32,000 nucleotides of DNA from an uncultured Opitutales bacterium (GTDB lineage Bacteria > Verrucomicrobiota > Verrucomicrobiia > Opitutales > Intestinicryptomonadaceae): the NCBI GenBank assembly GCA_934660865.1, contig CAKUIA010000008.1, forward strand, positions 68,359 through 100,358, given 5' to 3'. Below are positions 17,477-25,851 of the stretch, piece by piece (within the stretch, counting starts at the first letter, position 1; every line of letters begins with the position of its first letter). Below the pieces are notes generated by a model. It was given only the letters and a program-made list of their open reading frames with translations, did no database searches and was not told where the DNA came from. Both the position numbers and the translations under genes were made by a program.

Positions 17477-19021
17477 TTATTTGTTTTTGGCGATGTTTAA
17501 CGGTTTACCCGTAAAATAGTTCCAAATTTCGGCATATGTTTGTTTTGCGGTGGGCAAAACGCCCGTCTTTTTCAGGTAGGCGTTTTGTATTGCGTCAAGC
17601 GCCTCAATCCACCTGTAGTAGCGGAACTCGTGCAATTCGTCTTCGCCCTTAAATTGGGGGAACTTCTTCTTAAATTCGGGCCCATTCATAATGCTTCGGC
17701 GGAAATCGTCGCCCGACGGCTTTTCGGGAGAATTTAAGTAGGCTATGGATTTTTCAAGCTCGGCGCTGCCGGGATTCCTGCCAAGCATTTCAACAAAGGC
17801 CGTTTCTACAACCGCCTCGGCTTCGGGGCGGGTATATTCGTATTTGCAGAATTTTGTGGTGGGCTTGCGCTCTACTTTGCCGTTGCGCAAAAGACGCACA
17901 AAATAGCCGTCGCTTACAACAAACTCTTTTTGCAAAGTGCAGTTTGTGTAGGTGTCTTTTACGGCGTAAAACGCGGCGGCCTTTGGCGGCGTTAAATTGC
18001 CCGTACCGTCGCCTACGCCCGAGTGTACGGCCGTGCTTTTGTTGTTTATAACCTTAAAATTGTCTACCTGGAAAACCACAAAGCCGTAGCCCATTGCCTT
18101 GCCCGTAATAAGGTTGTTTTCTACGGTAGCGCCGCGCAAAATCATATTCTTTTCGCCGAAGCCCCAAATTTGCCTGCCCATGGGGAAGGCTATGTGCACT
18201 TTGGCACCCCTTGCGTCTACAATGTTGTTTCTAAGAACCAAGCCGTCGTACGAATATGTTTCGCCAGCATTGGGAACTTTGTAGGGGGCGGCTCTGTCTA
18301 CCATATTAAACCCGCCCAAAGGCTCGCGCGAAACGCCCGCTACAACATTTTCCTCGATAAGCGAATCGGGCGCGCAAAATATGGCAATACCCACGTCGCT
18401 GGGGTCTATCATAAGGTTGTTTTTTATGTGGGTTTGCTGGGCCGAGCATGTCATTGTGTCGCCCCAATACGAAATCGGCTCGCCTTGGGCGGCTCCGTTG
18501 CCGCGGCAGTCGCCGCCGCCGCCGAACATTATGCAGTCGAAAACCTTTATGCCCTTCGCGGGGCTGTCGAGCTTAAGCAGGGTGCCCATTCTGCCGTAGG
18601 CAAAAAAGCATTCTTTTACCTCGCAATCTCCCGAATCTTTGCCGCCTACATGCACCATGCCGTCGCCCCTGCGCGGCGAAAGCTCGTAGCGGTTGCCGTG
18701 AAAAATTACGTTTTTGATTTTCTGGTTTTTGCCGCGGCTGACCAAAGTGGCGGTCATTTCGGGATTGTCGGCTTTCAGAGTGGCGTAGTCTTTTACGGTT
18801 TTTGCGTCGGCCGTATATACCTTTTGGCCGTTTCTACGCAAGGCAAGCGTTCTGCTTATATAGTAGGTTTCGCCCTTTTTTAAGACAAGGTCTTTGCCCG
18901 AATCCAGGATTTTTTGAAGGTCGTCGTTCGGCAAGGCGTTGGGTTCTTCGGCGCCTGCCGAAAAGCCCAATGCAAAAGTTGCCGCGAATAAGAATATGGT
19001 TTTAAAATAGCCGTGTTTCAT
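17477..19021 (-). CDS. Secreted right-handed beta-helix protein with a C-terminal DUF4214-like module.
   Basis: Signal peptide MKHGYFKTIFLFAATFALGFSAGA. Repeated xNNxIxG/VxNN turns (IKNNLMI, IEENVVAG, LRNNIVDA, VENNLITG, VINNKST). The C-terminus AFVEMLGRNPGSAELEKSIAYLNS...RRSIMNGPEF resembles the DUF4214 consensus. Confidence 0.6.
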   Translation of the reverse strand: MKHGYFKTIFLFAATFALGFSAGAEEPNALPNDDLQKILDSGKDLVLKKGETYYISRTLALRRNGQKVYTADAKTVKDYATLKADNPEMTATLVSRGKNQKIKNVIFHGNRYELSPRRGDGMVHVGGKDSGDCEVKECFFAYGRMGTLLKLDSPAKGIKVFDCIMFGGGGDCRGNGAAQGEPISYWGDTMTCSAQQTHIKNNLMIDPSDVGIAIFCAPDSLIEENVVAGVSREPLGGFNMVDRAAPYKVPNAGETYSYDGLVLRNNIVDARGAKVHIAFPMGRQIWGFGEKNMILRGATVENNLITGKAMGYGFVVFQVDNFKVINNKSTAVHSGVGDGTGNLTPPKAAAFYAVKDTYTNCTLQKEFVVSDGYFVRLLRNGKVERKPTTKFCKYEYTRPEAEAVVETAFVEMLGRNPGSAELEKSIAYLNSPEKPSGDDFRRSIMNGPEFKKKFPQFKGEDELHEFRYYRWIEALDAIQNAYLKKTGVLPTAKQTYAEIWNYFTGKPLNIAKNK

Positions 19022-19071
19022 AATGCTTTGCAGGTAATTAGATTACAAACAAAGCCGTTGCAACAAAAAAA

Positions 19072-21834
19072 CTACCTTACAACCGATTTTCTTGTTTCGT
19101 TTTTGCCCGCCTGCACCTGCCTTAGCAGCGAAACCTGCGCGCTTAGCCCCACAAACAGCACCCTTTGGCAGTCTTTAAAGAAAGATTCAAACGAATCGAA
19201 CGCCTCGCGCTCGAATTCGCAATAGGGGTCTTTTTGTGCGTACGAGCGCAAATATATGCCCTCCCTTATGTCGTCGAGGCGCGCAATATGGCGTCTCCAG
19301 GCCGAGTCTACGGCATACAGCATTGCGTCTTTTTTCGCCTGAGCCGGGTTTTGCATATTCTCGAAGGCCGAATCGAAAAAGCTTTTTGCGTCCTGCTTAA
19401 GCTTTTGGGCTATGGCTTTTGAATCCATACTCTTTAGCGACTGTACCGACGCGAAAACGGGCACGCACTGCTTAATCATATCCACCGCGTTTTGCAGGGC
19501 GTTGTCGTCCGGCATGCAATCGTCTTCGGGCAGATATTCGCCGCAGGCACTGTCTATTGCCTCCGAAAGTTTGCGCTCGAACAACACATTCGGGTCTTTT
19601 GCGAATATGATTTCGTCGCGCATGGCGTAGGCAACAGCCCTTTGCTTGTTCGACGGGTTGTCGAATTTAAGCATTTGCTTGCGGGCTGCGGTGTAGTCGC
19701 TTTCCACGCTTTCCTGCGCCTTTGCTATTGTGCGGGCAATAAGCGGGTGGCTGAACGGAACGCCGTCTTGGTGCCTGTTTTTCATTACATACTGATACGG
19801 CGACAAGTCGGCGTGTATTCGCAAAAGGTCGTCCTGAAAGCTTACAACAAAAACCGTTTCGCCGTTGTCGCCCTGGCGCGCGCACCTGCCCATAAGCTGG
19901 CGGTCTACCCTGGGAGAATGGTGGTGGTCTACCGCAATTATAAAGAGGCCGCCAAGCTCGTTTACGCCGTCGCCCAGCTTTATGTCGGTGCCCCTGCCCG
20001 CCATGTTTGTCGAAATTGTTATCTGCCCATTTTGCCCCGCCTGCGCTACAATTTTAGCTTCAAACTCGTCGTTTTTGGCGTTTAGAACATTGTGGGGAAT
20101 ATTCTGCATTTTCAGCATTTTCGAAAGCAGCTCGGAATCTTCCACGCTTGAAGTGCCGACAAGCACGGGTCTGCCCAAAGAGCGGGCGTTTACAATAAGC
20201 TTTACCGTTGCCAAAAACTTTTCCCTGCGGCTTAGATATACCAAATCGGGCAGGTCTTTGCGCACGCACGGCTTGTTTGTGGGAATTGCAACGGCGGTCA
20301 TTTTATAGACGTCGGCAAATTCCTGCGCCAACTCCATAGCCGTTCCCGTCATGCCCGACAGGAACTTGTACATCTTAAAATAGTTTTGTATGGATATTGT
20401 CGCATACGTTGCGTCTTCCGCCTGGATTTTCACGTTTTCCTTGGCCTCTACCGCCTGGTGCAATCCGTCGCTCCACCTGCGCCCCTCCATAACGCGCCCG
20501 GTGTTGGGGTCTACAATCTCTATTTTATTGTTGCGCACAATGTAGTCTATGTCCCTTTCGTACAGCGAATAGGCCTGCAGCAACTGCGAGACAATGTGTA
20601 TGCGGTACGACGCCGCAAAGCTCAGCTCGCGCAACTTGTGCTCGGCGGCAAGCTTTTCCGACTGCGGCATTGTTTTGCTTGCCCTAATTTCGGCAATCTT
20701 GCCGTCTATTTCGGGAATGGTAAAGGCATTTGGGTTTTCGGGCGAAAGGAAGTTTTGCCCCTTTGCAGTAAGCGTTGCGCTGTGGGTGCGCTCGTCTACA
20801 ACATAGTATAAATGCTCGCTAATTTCGTTTACAATGGCGCGGCTTAAAGCAACCGTAAGCATTGTCTGGAATTTTTCGAAAGCGACATTTACAACGCCCA
20901 GTTTTAAAATCTGCTTGAGTATTTTGTTTTTGGGGTCTGCATATTTTACCTGCATTAGTTTTCTAAGCAATGCGTCGTCTACCGTTGCCGATTTTTGGAC
21001 ATCGCTTAAAACCTCGCGCGCGGTTCTGTTTGCAATTTGAGCCTGCGAAGCCACCAAACTTTTAACCTGCGGCAGAAATGTTTTGTATGCGTTTTCCGAA
21101 GTGTCCTCCTGCGGGCCCGAAATTATAAGCGGGGTTCTCGCTTCGTCCACCAAAATGGAGTCGGCTTCGTCTACAAGACAGTAAAAGAAACCCCTTTGCA
21201 CTTTTTCCTCCGGCGTTTCGGCGGTTGAATTGTCGCGCAAATAGTCGAAGCCGAACTCGCTTGAAGTGCCGTAGGTAATGTCGGCCAAATAGGCACGCTT
21301 TTTTTCGTCCAACGTTTGGTCGGCATATACGCAGTCGCACTTTAGCCCCAAAAGGGAGTATAACGGGCGCATCCATTCGCAGTCGCGCTTTGCCAAATAT
21401 TCGTTTACCGTGGCAATGTGGCAGCCCTTGCCGTATAGGGCGTAAAAATAGGAGGGCAAAGTGGCGATAAGCGTTTTGCCCTCGCCTGTGGCGATTTCGG
21501 CAACCATATTTTTAAGCAGCGCCAAACCCGCCAAAAGCTGCACTTTGTAGTGCTGCATATTCCAAATATGCGGCTGGCCCAAAACCGTAAAATTTGTTCC
21601 CTGCAAAAATTTTGCCGCCTGCCTGACAAGCGCAAAGGCGTATATTGCCACGTCTTCGGGCTTTTCGCCAAGGGCAAGCCTCTCCCTTAATTTTTCGGTT
21701 TCCGCCGCAAAATCGGCGGCGTTAAAATTTGCGTATTTTAGTTGCTGTTTTTCTATTTTGGCTATTGCGCCTTGTCCTTTACGCATAAAGCGCTTGCTGC
21801 TTACCGCGTCCAGGAACTTATCTATAAAAGACAT
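19072..21834 (-). CDS. secA: Preprotein translocase ATPase SecA, 920 aa.
   Basis: The sequence from MSFIDKFLDAVSSKRF... aligns with the SecA N-terminus as I recall it. Motifs: AEIATGEGKTL (Walker A), LVDEADSILVDEARTPLIISG, TNMAGRGTDIKLG, GRCARQGDNG. Start at ATG 21834, preceded by AAGGAAACAAA. The ORF-track start 22008 adds 58 junk residues. Confidence 0.93.
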   Translation of the reverse strand: MSFIDKFLDAVSSKRFMRKGQGAIAKIEKQQLKYANFNAADFAAETEKLRERLALGEKPEDVAIYAFALVRQAAKFLQGTNFTVLGQPHIWNMQHYKVQLLAGLALLKNMVAEIATGEGKTLIATLPSYFYALYGKGCHIATVNEYLAKRDCEWMRPLYSLLGLKCDCVYADQTLDEKKRAYLADITYGTSSEFGFDYLRDNSTAETPEEKVQRGFFYCLVDEADSILVDEARTPLIISGPQEDTSENAYKTFLPQVKSLVASQAQIANRTAREVLSDVQKSATVDDALLRKLMQVKYADPKNKILKQILKLGVVNVAFEKFQTMLTVALSRAIVNEISEHLYYVVDERTHSATLTAKGQNFLSPENPNAFTIPEIDGKIAEIRASKTMPQSEKLAAEHKLRELSFAASYRIHIVSQLLQAYSLYERDIDYIVRNNKIEIVDPNTGRVMEGRRWSDGLHQAVEAKENVKIQAEDATYATISIQNYFKMYKFLSGMTGTAMELAQEFADVYKMTAVAIPTNKPCVRKDLPDLVYLSRREKFLATVKLIVNARSLGRPVLVGTSSVEDSELLSKMLKMQNIPHNVLNAKNDEFEAKIVAQAGQNGQITISTNMAGRGTDIKLGDGVNELGGLFIIAVDHHHSPRVDRQLMGRCARQGDNGETVFVVSFQDDLLRIHADLSPYQYVMKNRHQDGVPFSHPLIARTIAKAQESVESDYTAARKQMLKFDNPSNKQRAVAYAMRDEIIFAKDPNVLFERKLSEAIDSACGEYLPEDDCMPDDNALQNAVDMIKQCVPVFASVQSLKSMDSKAIAQKLKQDAKSFFDSAFENMQNPAQAKKDAMLYAVDSAWRRHIARLDDIREGIYLRSYAQKDPYCEFEREAFDSFESFFKDCQRVLFVGLSAQVSLLRQVQAGKNETRKSVVR

Positions 21835-21841
21835 TTTGTTT

Positions 21842-21924
21842 CCTTGATTTTTTGTTGTTGTGTTCGCCGCGGCGCAGAACGGTGCACCGAGGTGTGTATT
21901 AAACGCAAAAACAAAAATCAAAGG
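21842..21924 (-). promoter_or_regulatory. Candidate secA translational control helix. The 5' arm spans the stop codon of the upstream small ORF and the 3' arm covers the secA Shine-Dalgarno.
   Basis: On the RNA (minus strand), CCUUUGAUUUUU (21924..21913; UGA = 21920..21918) can pair with AAAAAUCAAGG (21852..21842). That gives 11 bp with one bulged U. The AAGGA of the secA SD is 21845..21841, 6 nt before the AUG. The 60-nt loop contains a GC-rich palindrome CGCCGCGGCG. Confidence 0.35.
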
Positions 21925-22289
21925 GTAAACACGCACAAAAGCGAACGCCTTGCACTCGGCAAAATCGCCCGTTTTAAAGGCGCAACAAACAACGGGGCAA
22001 AGCGGCAACTAGATATAAATATTTTGTAAAATTTTGTCGAAGACAGCGCCGCAAACAAAACCGGCAAAAGCAAAAACAGCGAAACCGGGCGTTTCTTGTC
22101 TTTCTTCTTTTTGCCCGACAACACGCTGCAAGTTTCGGGCGCCTTGGTAAAGGCCTCGTTTTCGGCGCAATATGCCGACGACGGAGCGTTAACCGCCCCC
22201 ATATATTCGCGGGCAAAAACGCCCGCGCTTTTAAGCGGCGCAAACAATGCGGACAACACCGCAAGCATCATAACGCCAATATAACTCAT
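21918..22289 (-). CDS. Small hydrophobic protein encoded immediately upstream of secA on the same strand (123 codons). Candidate secretion/insertion monitor. The coding status is uncertain.
   Basis: N-terminal hydrophobic segment MSYIGVMMLAVLSALFAPLKSAGVFA, then a basic stretch GKKKKDKKRP followed by a second hydrophobic segment VSLFLLLPVLFAALSS. The C-terminal tail is ...RFAPLFVAPLKRAILPSARRSLLCVFTL. It ends 83 nt before the secA ATG. No clear SD, and I recognised no homology. Confidence 0.4.
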   Translation of the reverse strand: MSYIGVMMLAVLSALFAPLKSAGVFAREYMGAVNAPSSAYCAENEAFTKAPETCSVLSGKKKKDKKRPVSLFLLLPVLFAALSSTKFYKIFISSCRFAPLFVAPLKRAILPSARRSLLCVFTL

Positions 22290-22410
22290 AAACAGAATTT
22301 AATCGCCGTTTTGTAAAAACTTGTCAAGCGATAAAACATTGAAAAAGAGTGTTTAAAGCAATTTGCCCTCCCCGGATTCGGCAAAGAGCGAAAAACACAC
22401 TAAAAAGCGC

Positions 22411-22959
22411 CTATCGGTTTTCGTTTTTTTGCAGCTGGGTACTTTGCAGAATTTGCAACTCGGTTTCTTTTATCCTTTTGCCATACCGCTCTTTTACAAC
22501 GGCTATATCTTTTGCCTGTAGCAAAATTTCAGAAAACTGCTCGTTTAAATGCGCATCTTTCCTGATTGCATCTTCAATAAATATCAACGCGTCTAAAAAA
22601 TTTTTGTGGCGTTTATATTTTAATATATACTGCAAATCTACTGCGCAAAAAATTCTGTCTATCTGCCAATCGTATGTGTTGCCGGGCCACGCCAAATAAT
22701 GCGCAAAAATAAAAGCCTTTGCAAATTGCAGTGGGTCGCTAAAACGCGAAAGACGTTTTTGCATATCGTAGTTGTATGTATATTTGCGTTCAGCTTCGTT
22801 GTATTGCGAAGTTTTTGCCAAATCCAGCGAATTGATTTCAAGCAAAAACGAAATAATTTCGGCATTAGCGGCCTGCTTTTTGCGGCTGTCTTCCAAATCG
22901 GCAAAAGCAAGAGGCTGCAAAACAAGCAACCATAGCGAAAATATGCAACGAAATTTCAT
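22411..22959 (-). CDS. Hypothetical secreted protein (orphan) in an AT-rich islet.
   Basis: Starting at ATG 22959 gives a classical signal peptide, MKFRCIFSLWLLVLQPLAFA|DLED. I recognised no family. Hand GC counts on lines 22441, 22501, 22561 and 22621 give 38, 37, 30 and 33%. Confidence 0.55.
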   Translation of the reverse strand: MKFRCIFSLWLLVLQPLAFADLEDSRKKQAANAEIISFLLEINSLDLAKTSQYNEAERKYTYNYDMQKRLSRFSDPLQFAKAFIFAHYLAWPGNTYDWQIDRIFCAVDLQYILKYKRHKNFLDALIFIEDAIRKDAHLNEQFSEILLQAKDIAVVKERYGKRIKETELQILQSTQLQKNENR

Positions 22960-23074
22960 GCCGCAAATTATTGTAGCAAACACTATATATTTCAAGGGCA
23001 AAAATTTTCGGCGGGCTTTAAGGCTTGCATATGTGCATTAAAAACAAACACTGTTTTGCAAATTACAAAAATTT

Positions 23075-24553
23075 ATGCAGGCAAACTTTTCATACACCGA
23101 CACCGTTGTTTTAATTCTATACTTTTTGGCGACTATGGGCTTTGGCTTTGCGTCGCTAAAAAAAAGCTCTACAGTAGAGGGCTTTACGGCGGCAAAACGC
23201 TCAATGCCGGGGTGGCTTACGGGGCTTTCCATTTTGGGCTCGTTTGTTAGCAGCATAAGCTTTTTGGGCTACACGGGCAAAGCCTACGCGGGCAACTGGA
23301 ACGCCTATGTTTGGTGCTTTTCAATGCCCGTTGCAACCTTTTTTGCAGCGCGTTATTTTGTGCCTTTCTACCGCAAAATAGGCAGCGTTTCGGCGTACGA
23401 AAATTTGGAAAAGCGCTTCGGAACTTGGGCAAGGCTTTATGCCGACATTTGCTATTTGCTTACGCAGATAGCCAGAATAGCCTCGGTTTGCTACCTTATG
23501 GCGCTGCCTATGAGCGCGCTGTTTAACTGGAATATATACTACATTGTGCTTTTAACGAGCGCGGCCGTAATTTTATATTCGTTTGTAGGCGGCATTGTTG
23601 CCGTTATTTGGACGGAGGCAATGCAAACCGTGGTTTTAATTATCGGCGCCATTGCGTGCGCTTTAATTTTAACCTGTTCCGTACCCGACGGCTTTGGCGG
23701 CGTCTGCAAAATTGCGGGCGAAAACGCAAAATTTTCGTTCGGCAGTTTCGACATTTTCGATTTTGCGCAGTCTACTTTCTTTGTGGTTTTGATAAACGGA
23801 ATTTTCATAAACCTGCAAAATTTCGGCATAGACCAAAACTATGTGCAGCGCTACATAACCGCAAAAAGCGACAAAGAGGCCATAAAGGGCTTGTGGATAA
23901 ACGGGCTAATCTACATTCCGCTTTCGGCCGTATTTTTTTATATAGGAACGGCGCTGTTTTGCTACTATACGTCTTTCCCAAGCCGCCTGCCGGCCGAATA
24001 TGCCGCAAACCACGCCGACTATGTTTTCCCCTACTTTATGGTGTCGGAGCTGCCCGTGGGCTTTAAGGGGCTTTTAATTGCCGCCGTTTTTGCCGCTGCA
24101 ATGAGCACAATTTCGGGCAGCTTAAATTCGTCGGCGACTATAATTTTAACCGACTTTTTTAAAAGATTTTGCAAAAAAAGCGTCGGGCAAATGGCGGTTT
24201 TAAAGATTTCCACCATAATAATAGGCGCGCTTGGCACGCTTATAGCATTGCTTTTGGCGTATGCAAAACCCGCAAACGCGCTGGACGTTTGGTGGACGCT
24301 TTCGGGCATATTCAGCGGCGGAATGTTGGGGCTGTTTTTAATGACATTTTCGCCCAAAATTTCGCCTAAAATTGCAATTTTTGCGGTGGCTGTGGGCATA
24401 ATTTCCATAGCGTTGCTTACATTTTGCGACGGCACAATTTTGCCCGTAAACATACCCATGCACAAATTCACAATCCCCGCCGTGGGCACATGCGTAATAC
24501 TGCTAACCGGCTTTGTAGCTACAGCCGCAGCCGGCAAAAGAAAACAGCTTTAG
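23075..24553 (+). CDS. Sodium:solute symporter family (SSF) transporter, 492 aa.
   Basis: About 13 hydrophobic segments. SSF-like blocks GFTAAKRSMPGW (cf. FLAGR), MQTVVLIIGA, and AAMSTISGSLNSSATI. The substrate cannot be determined from the sequence. Confidence 0.85.
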   Translation: MQANFSYTDTVVLILYFLATMGFGFASLKKSSTVEGFTAAKRSMPGWLTGLSILGSFVSSISFLGYTGKAYAGNWNAYVWCFSMPVATFFAARYFVPFYRKIGSVSAYENLEKRFGTWARLYADICYLLTQIARIASVCYLMALPMSALFNWNIYYIVLLTSAAVILYSFVGGIVAVIWTEAMQTVVLIIGAIACALILTCSVPDGFGGVCKIAGENAKFSFGSFDIFDFAQSTFFVVLINGIFINLQNFGIDQNYVQRYITAKSDKEAIKGLWINGLIYIPLSAVFFYIGTALFCYYTSFPSRLPAEYAANHADYVFPYFMVSELPVGFKGLLIAAVFAAAMSTISGSLNSSATIILTDFFKRFCKKSVGQMAVLKISTIIIGALGTLIALLLAYAKPANALDVWWTLSGIFSGGMLGLFLMTFSPKISPKIAIFAVAVGIISIALLTFCDGTILPVNIPMHKFTIPAVGTCVILLTGFVATAAAGKRKQL

Positions 24554-24586
24554 CAAAAAAACCGGACAAAAACGGGCGCAAAAAAA

Positions 24587-24610
24587 GTTCCGTATCTTGC
24601 GATACGGAAC
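24587..24610 (-). terminator. Hairpin terminator closing the nine-gene envelope operon.
   Basis: GTTCCGTATC / GATACGGAAC is a perfect 10-bp stem with a TTGC loop, 21 nt after the stop at 24632. A 7-nt A-run on the plus strand (24580..24586) becomes a U-run after the hairpin on the minus-strand transcript. Confidence 0.6.
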
Positions 24611-24631
24611 TTACCGTTTTACTTTTACCGC

Positions 24632-24856
24632 CTATTGCTGAACCCTTTTTGCCTGCGCGTCGTATAAAAACGCGGGCTCGCTTGTAACGGTTTTTTCGTG
24701 GGGGTTTTGCTCGCCGTCCCATGTACGCACCTGCGTTTTGGCGCTTACTCCGGGGGTGAAAAACTCCGAAAAGGCGTCCCAGCTAAACCCCGCGCTTTCG
24801 CACGAAGTCAGCAAGGCCGCAACCGCGGGCAACAATGCAAATACAAGATATTTCAT
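24632..24856 (-). CDS. Small lipoprotein (74 aa), last gene of the envelope operon.
   Basis: Lipobox AALLTSC. The start overlaps the upstream stop by 1 nt (TAATG). I recognised no family. Confidence 0.5.
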   Translation of the reverse strand: MKYLVFALLPAVAALLTSCESAGFSWDAFSEFFTPGVSAKTQVRTWDGEQNPHEKTVTSEPAFLYDAQAKRVQQ

Positions 24857-25422
24857 TAAAACCCGAACGTGCTTCTATCCGACTGCTTCGAGATTTGCTC
24901 TTGGCCAATCCATCGAGAAGTGCCGTTCATATTAAGTTCGAGAGTGAACGTATAGGTAACTTCCCTCTTGTCGGAATTGATTTCCCTGTCTTCGGAAATC
25001 GACCCCGTAAGGGTGATTTTCGCCATACCGATTTTCTTGCCCGACATTTCGGCCTCGTACTGCAAAAGCTCCTGCGTTGCCTTGTCGTCTTTAATTACTA
25101 TAACCTTGCCGGAATTTGTAAGGTCCATAATAATCTTGTTGGTCAGCATGCCCGTGTCGATAACCTCCGAAGTCTTGTTCTTTACGTTGCTAACAAGCAT
25201 TTTTATGGGCTGTTTAAGCTTTAAATTGTCCAAAACGCCCGAAGCAAGCATATCGGTTGTCAGCTTTGCCGCGGCATTGTTCCAGTCGGCAATGTTTATT
25301 TTTCTGGTAGAGACGATGGAATTTGCGCCGCCCGCCTGAATGTACGAAGCGTTATTGCTTGCACACCCCGAAACTATTGCGGCCAATGCCACCAAACATA
25401 GCGATATCGATTTAACATTCAT
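24856..25422 (-). CDS. LpoB/YcfM-family (COG3417-type, TolB-N-like fold) outer-membrane lipoprotein.
   Basis: Lipobox AAIVSGC. KMLVSNVKNKTSEVIDTGMLTNKIIMDLTNSGKV and KITLTGSI...YTFTLELNMNGTSRWIGQEQISKQ follow the LpoB family pattern as I recall it from E. coli LpoB (xNKT...L...I...L.NSGKF). Confidence 0.6.
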   Translation of the reverse strand: MNVKSISLCLVALAAIVSGCASNNASYIQAGGANSIVSTRKINIADWNNAAAKLTTDMLASGVLDNLKLKQPIKMLVSNVKNKTSEVIDTGMLTNKIIMDLTNSGKVIVIKDDKATQELLQYEAEMSGKKIGMAKITLTGSISEDREINSDKREVTYTFTLELNMNGTSRWIGQEQISKQSDRSTFGF

Positions 25423-25427
25423 ATTCT

Positions 25428-25841
25428 CTAATCTCGTTTATTGGGTAATAATTTAAGTGTAAAGTCGCACGCATTTGCATTCGGGGCAACGGCCGACACC
25501 ATGCCCGATTCGCCGCCCTCCAAAACCAGCGTTCTCCATGCCGCAGTTGCCGACGGCACTTCCATTCCGTTTTTGTCTATCCAGGTAAACTTGTAGTTTA
25601 TCGAGCGCAACGCCGATGTCGAATTTACAATTCTGGCCTGAATCATAAGCAAATTTCCCCTCTTTGTTTCGTTTACCGAGGCAACATAGGCGTAGTCGTT
25701 TAGGGTGCTGTCGGTAATAACGCGCTTGTCGTTAACCAAAGTAGGCGAGGATTGCGGATTGGCACGCTCAACGGTGTTAACCGTTGAACATGCCGACGTT
25801 AAAAACAATGCTGCAAGCAATGCAAATAATGCGATTTTCAT
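25428..25841 (-). CDS. YcfL-like (DUF1425-type) lipoprotein.
   Basis: Lipobox LFLTSAC and 137 aa. INYKFTWIDKNGMEV...W..L.L.GGES resembles the YcfL pattern (YRFYWYDxxGLEM). Its position next to an LpoB-like gene matches the E. coli ycfL-lpoB arrangement. Confidence 0.55.
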   Translation of the reverse strand: MKIALFALLAALFLTSACSTVNTVERANPQSSPTLVNDKRVITDSTLNDYAYVASVNETKRGNLLMIQARIVNSTSALRSINYKFTWIDKNGMEVPSATAAWRTLVLEGGESGMVSAVAPNANACDFTLKLLPNKRD

Positions 25842-25851
25842 TTATAGTCGA

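Noticed and set aside
18023-18883. A 286-aa plus-strand ORF inside the beta-helix gene. Similar long antisense ORFs occur at 5330..6016, 19492..20085, 10378..10965 and 10991..11578.
   Set aside because: All are antisense to well-supported genes (alaS, secA, SNF2, beta-helix). All have junk-like composition and no signal or motif content, so they are treated as shadow ORFs.
21835-22008. ORF-track N-terminal extensions of secA (to 22008), leuB (3080), glgA (13907), the pfkB kinase (13836) and the orphan protein (23001).
   Set aside because: The extra residues precede the point where family homology or a proper signal peptide begins, and they look non-protein-like. Internal ATGs with better context were chosen instead.
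22012-22040. Sigma70-like hexamers on the minus strand (TCGACA, 17 nt, TATATC) inside the small ORF upstream of secA.
   Set aside because: The -10 matches only 4 of 6 positions, the promoter consensus of this organism is unknown, and the region is AT-rich, so chance matches are likely. If real, this promoter would argue against the uORF-coupling model, so it is recorded but not called.
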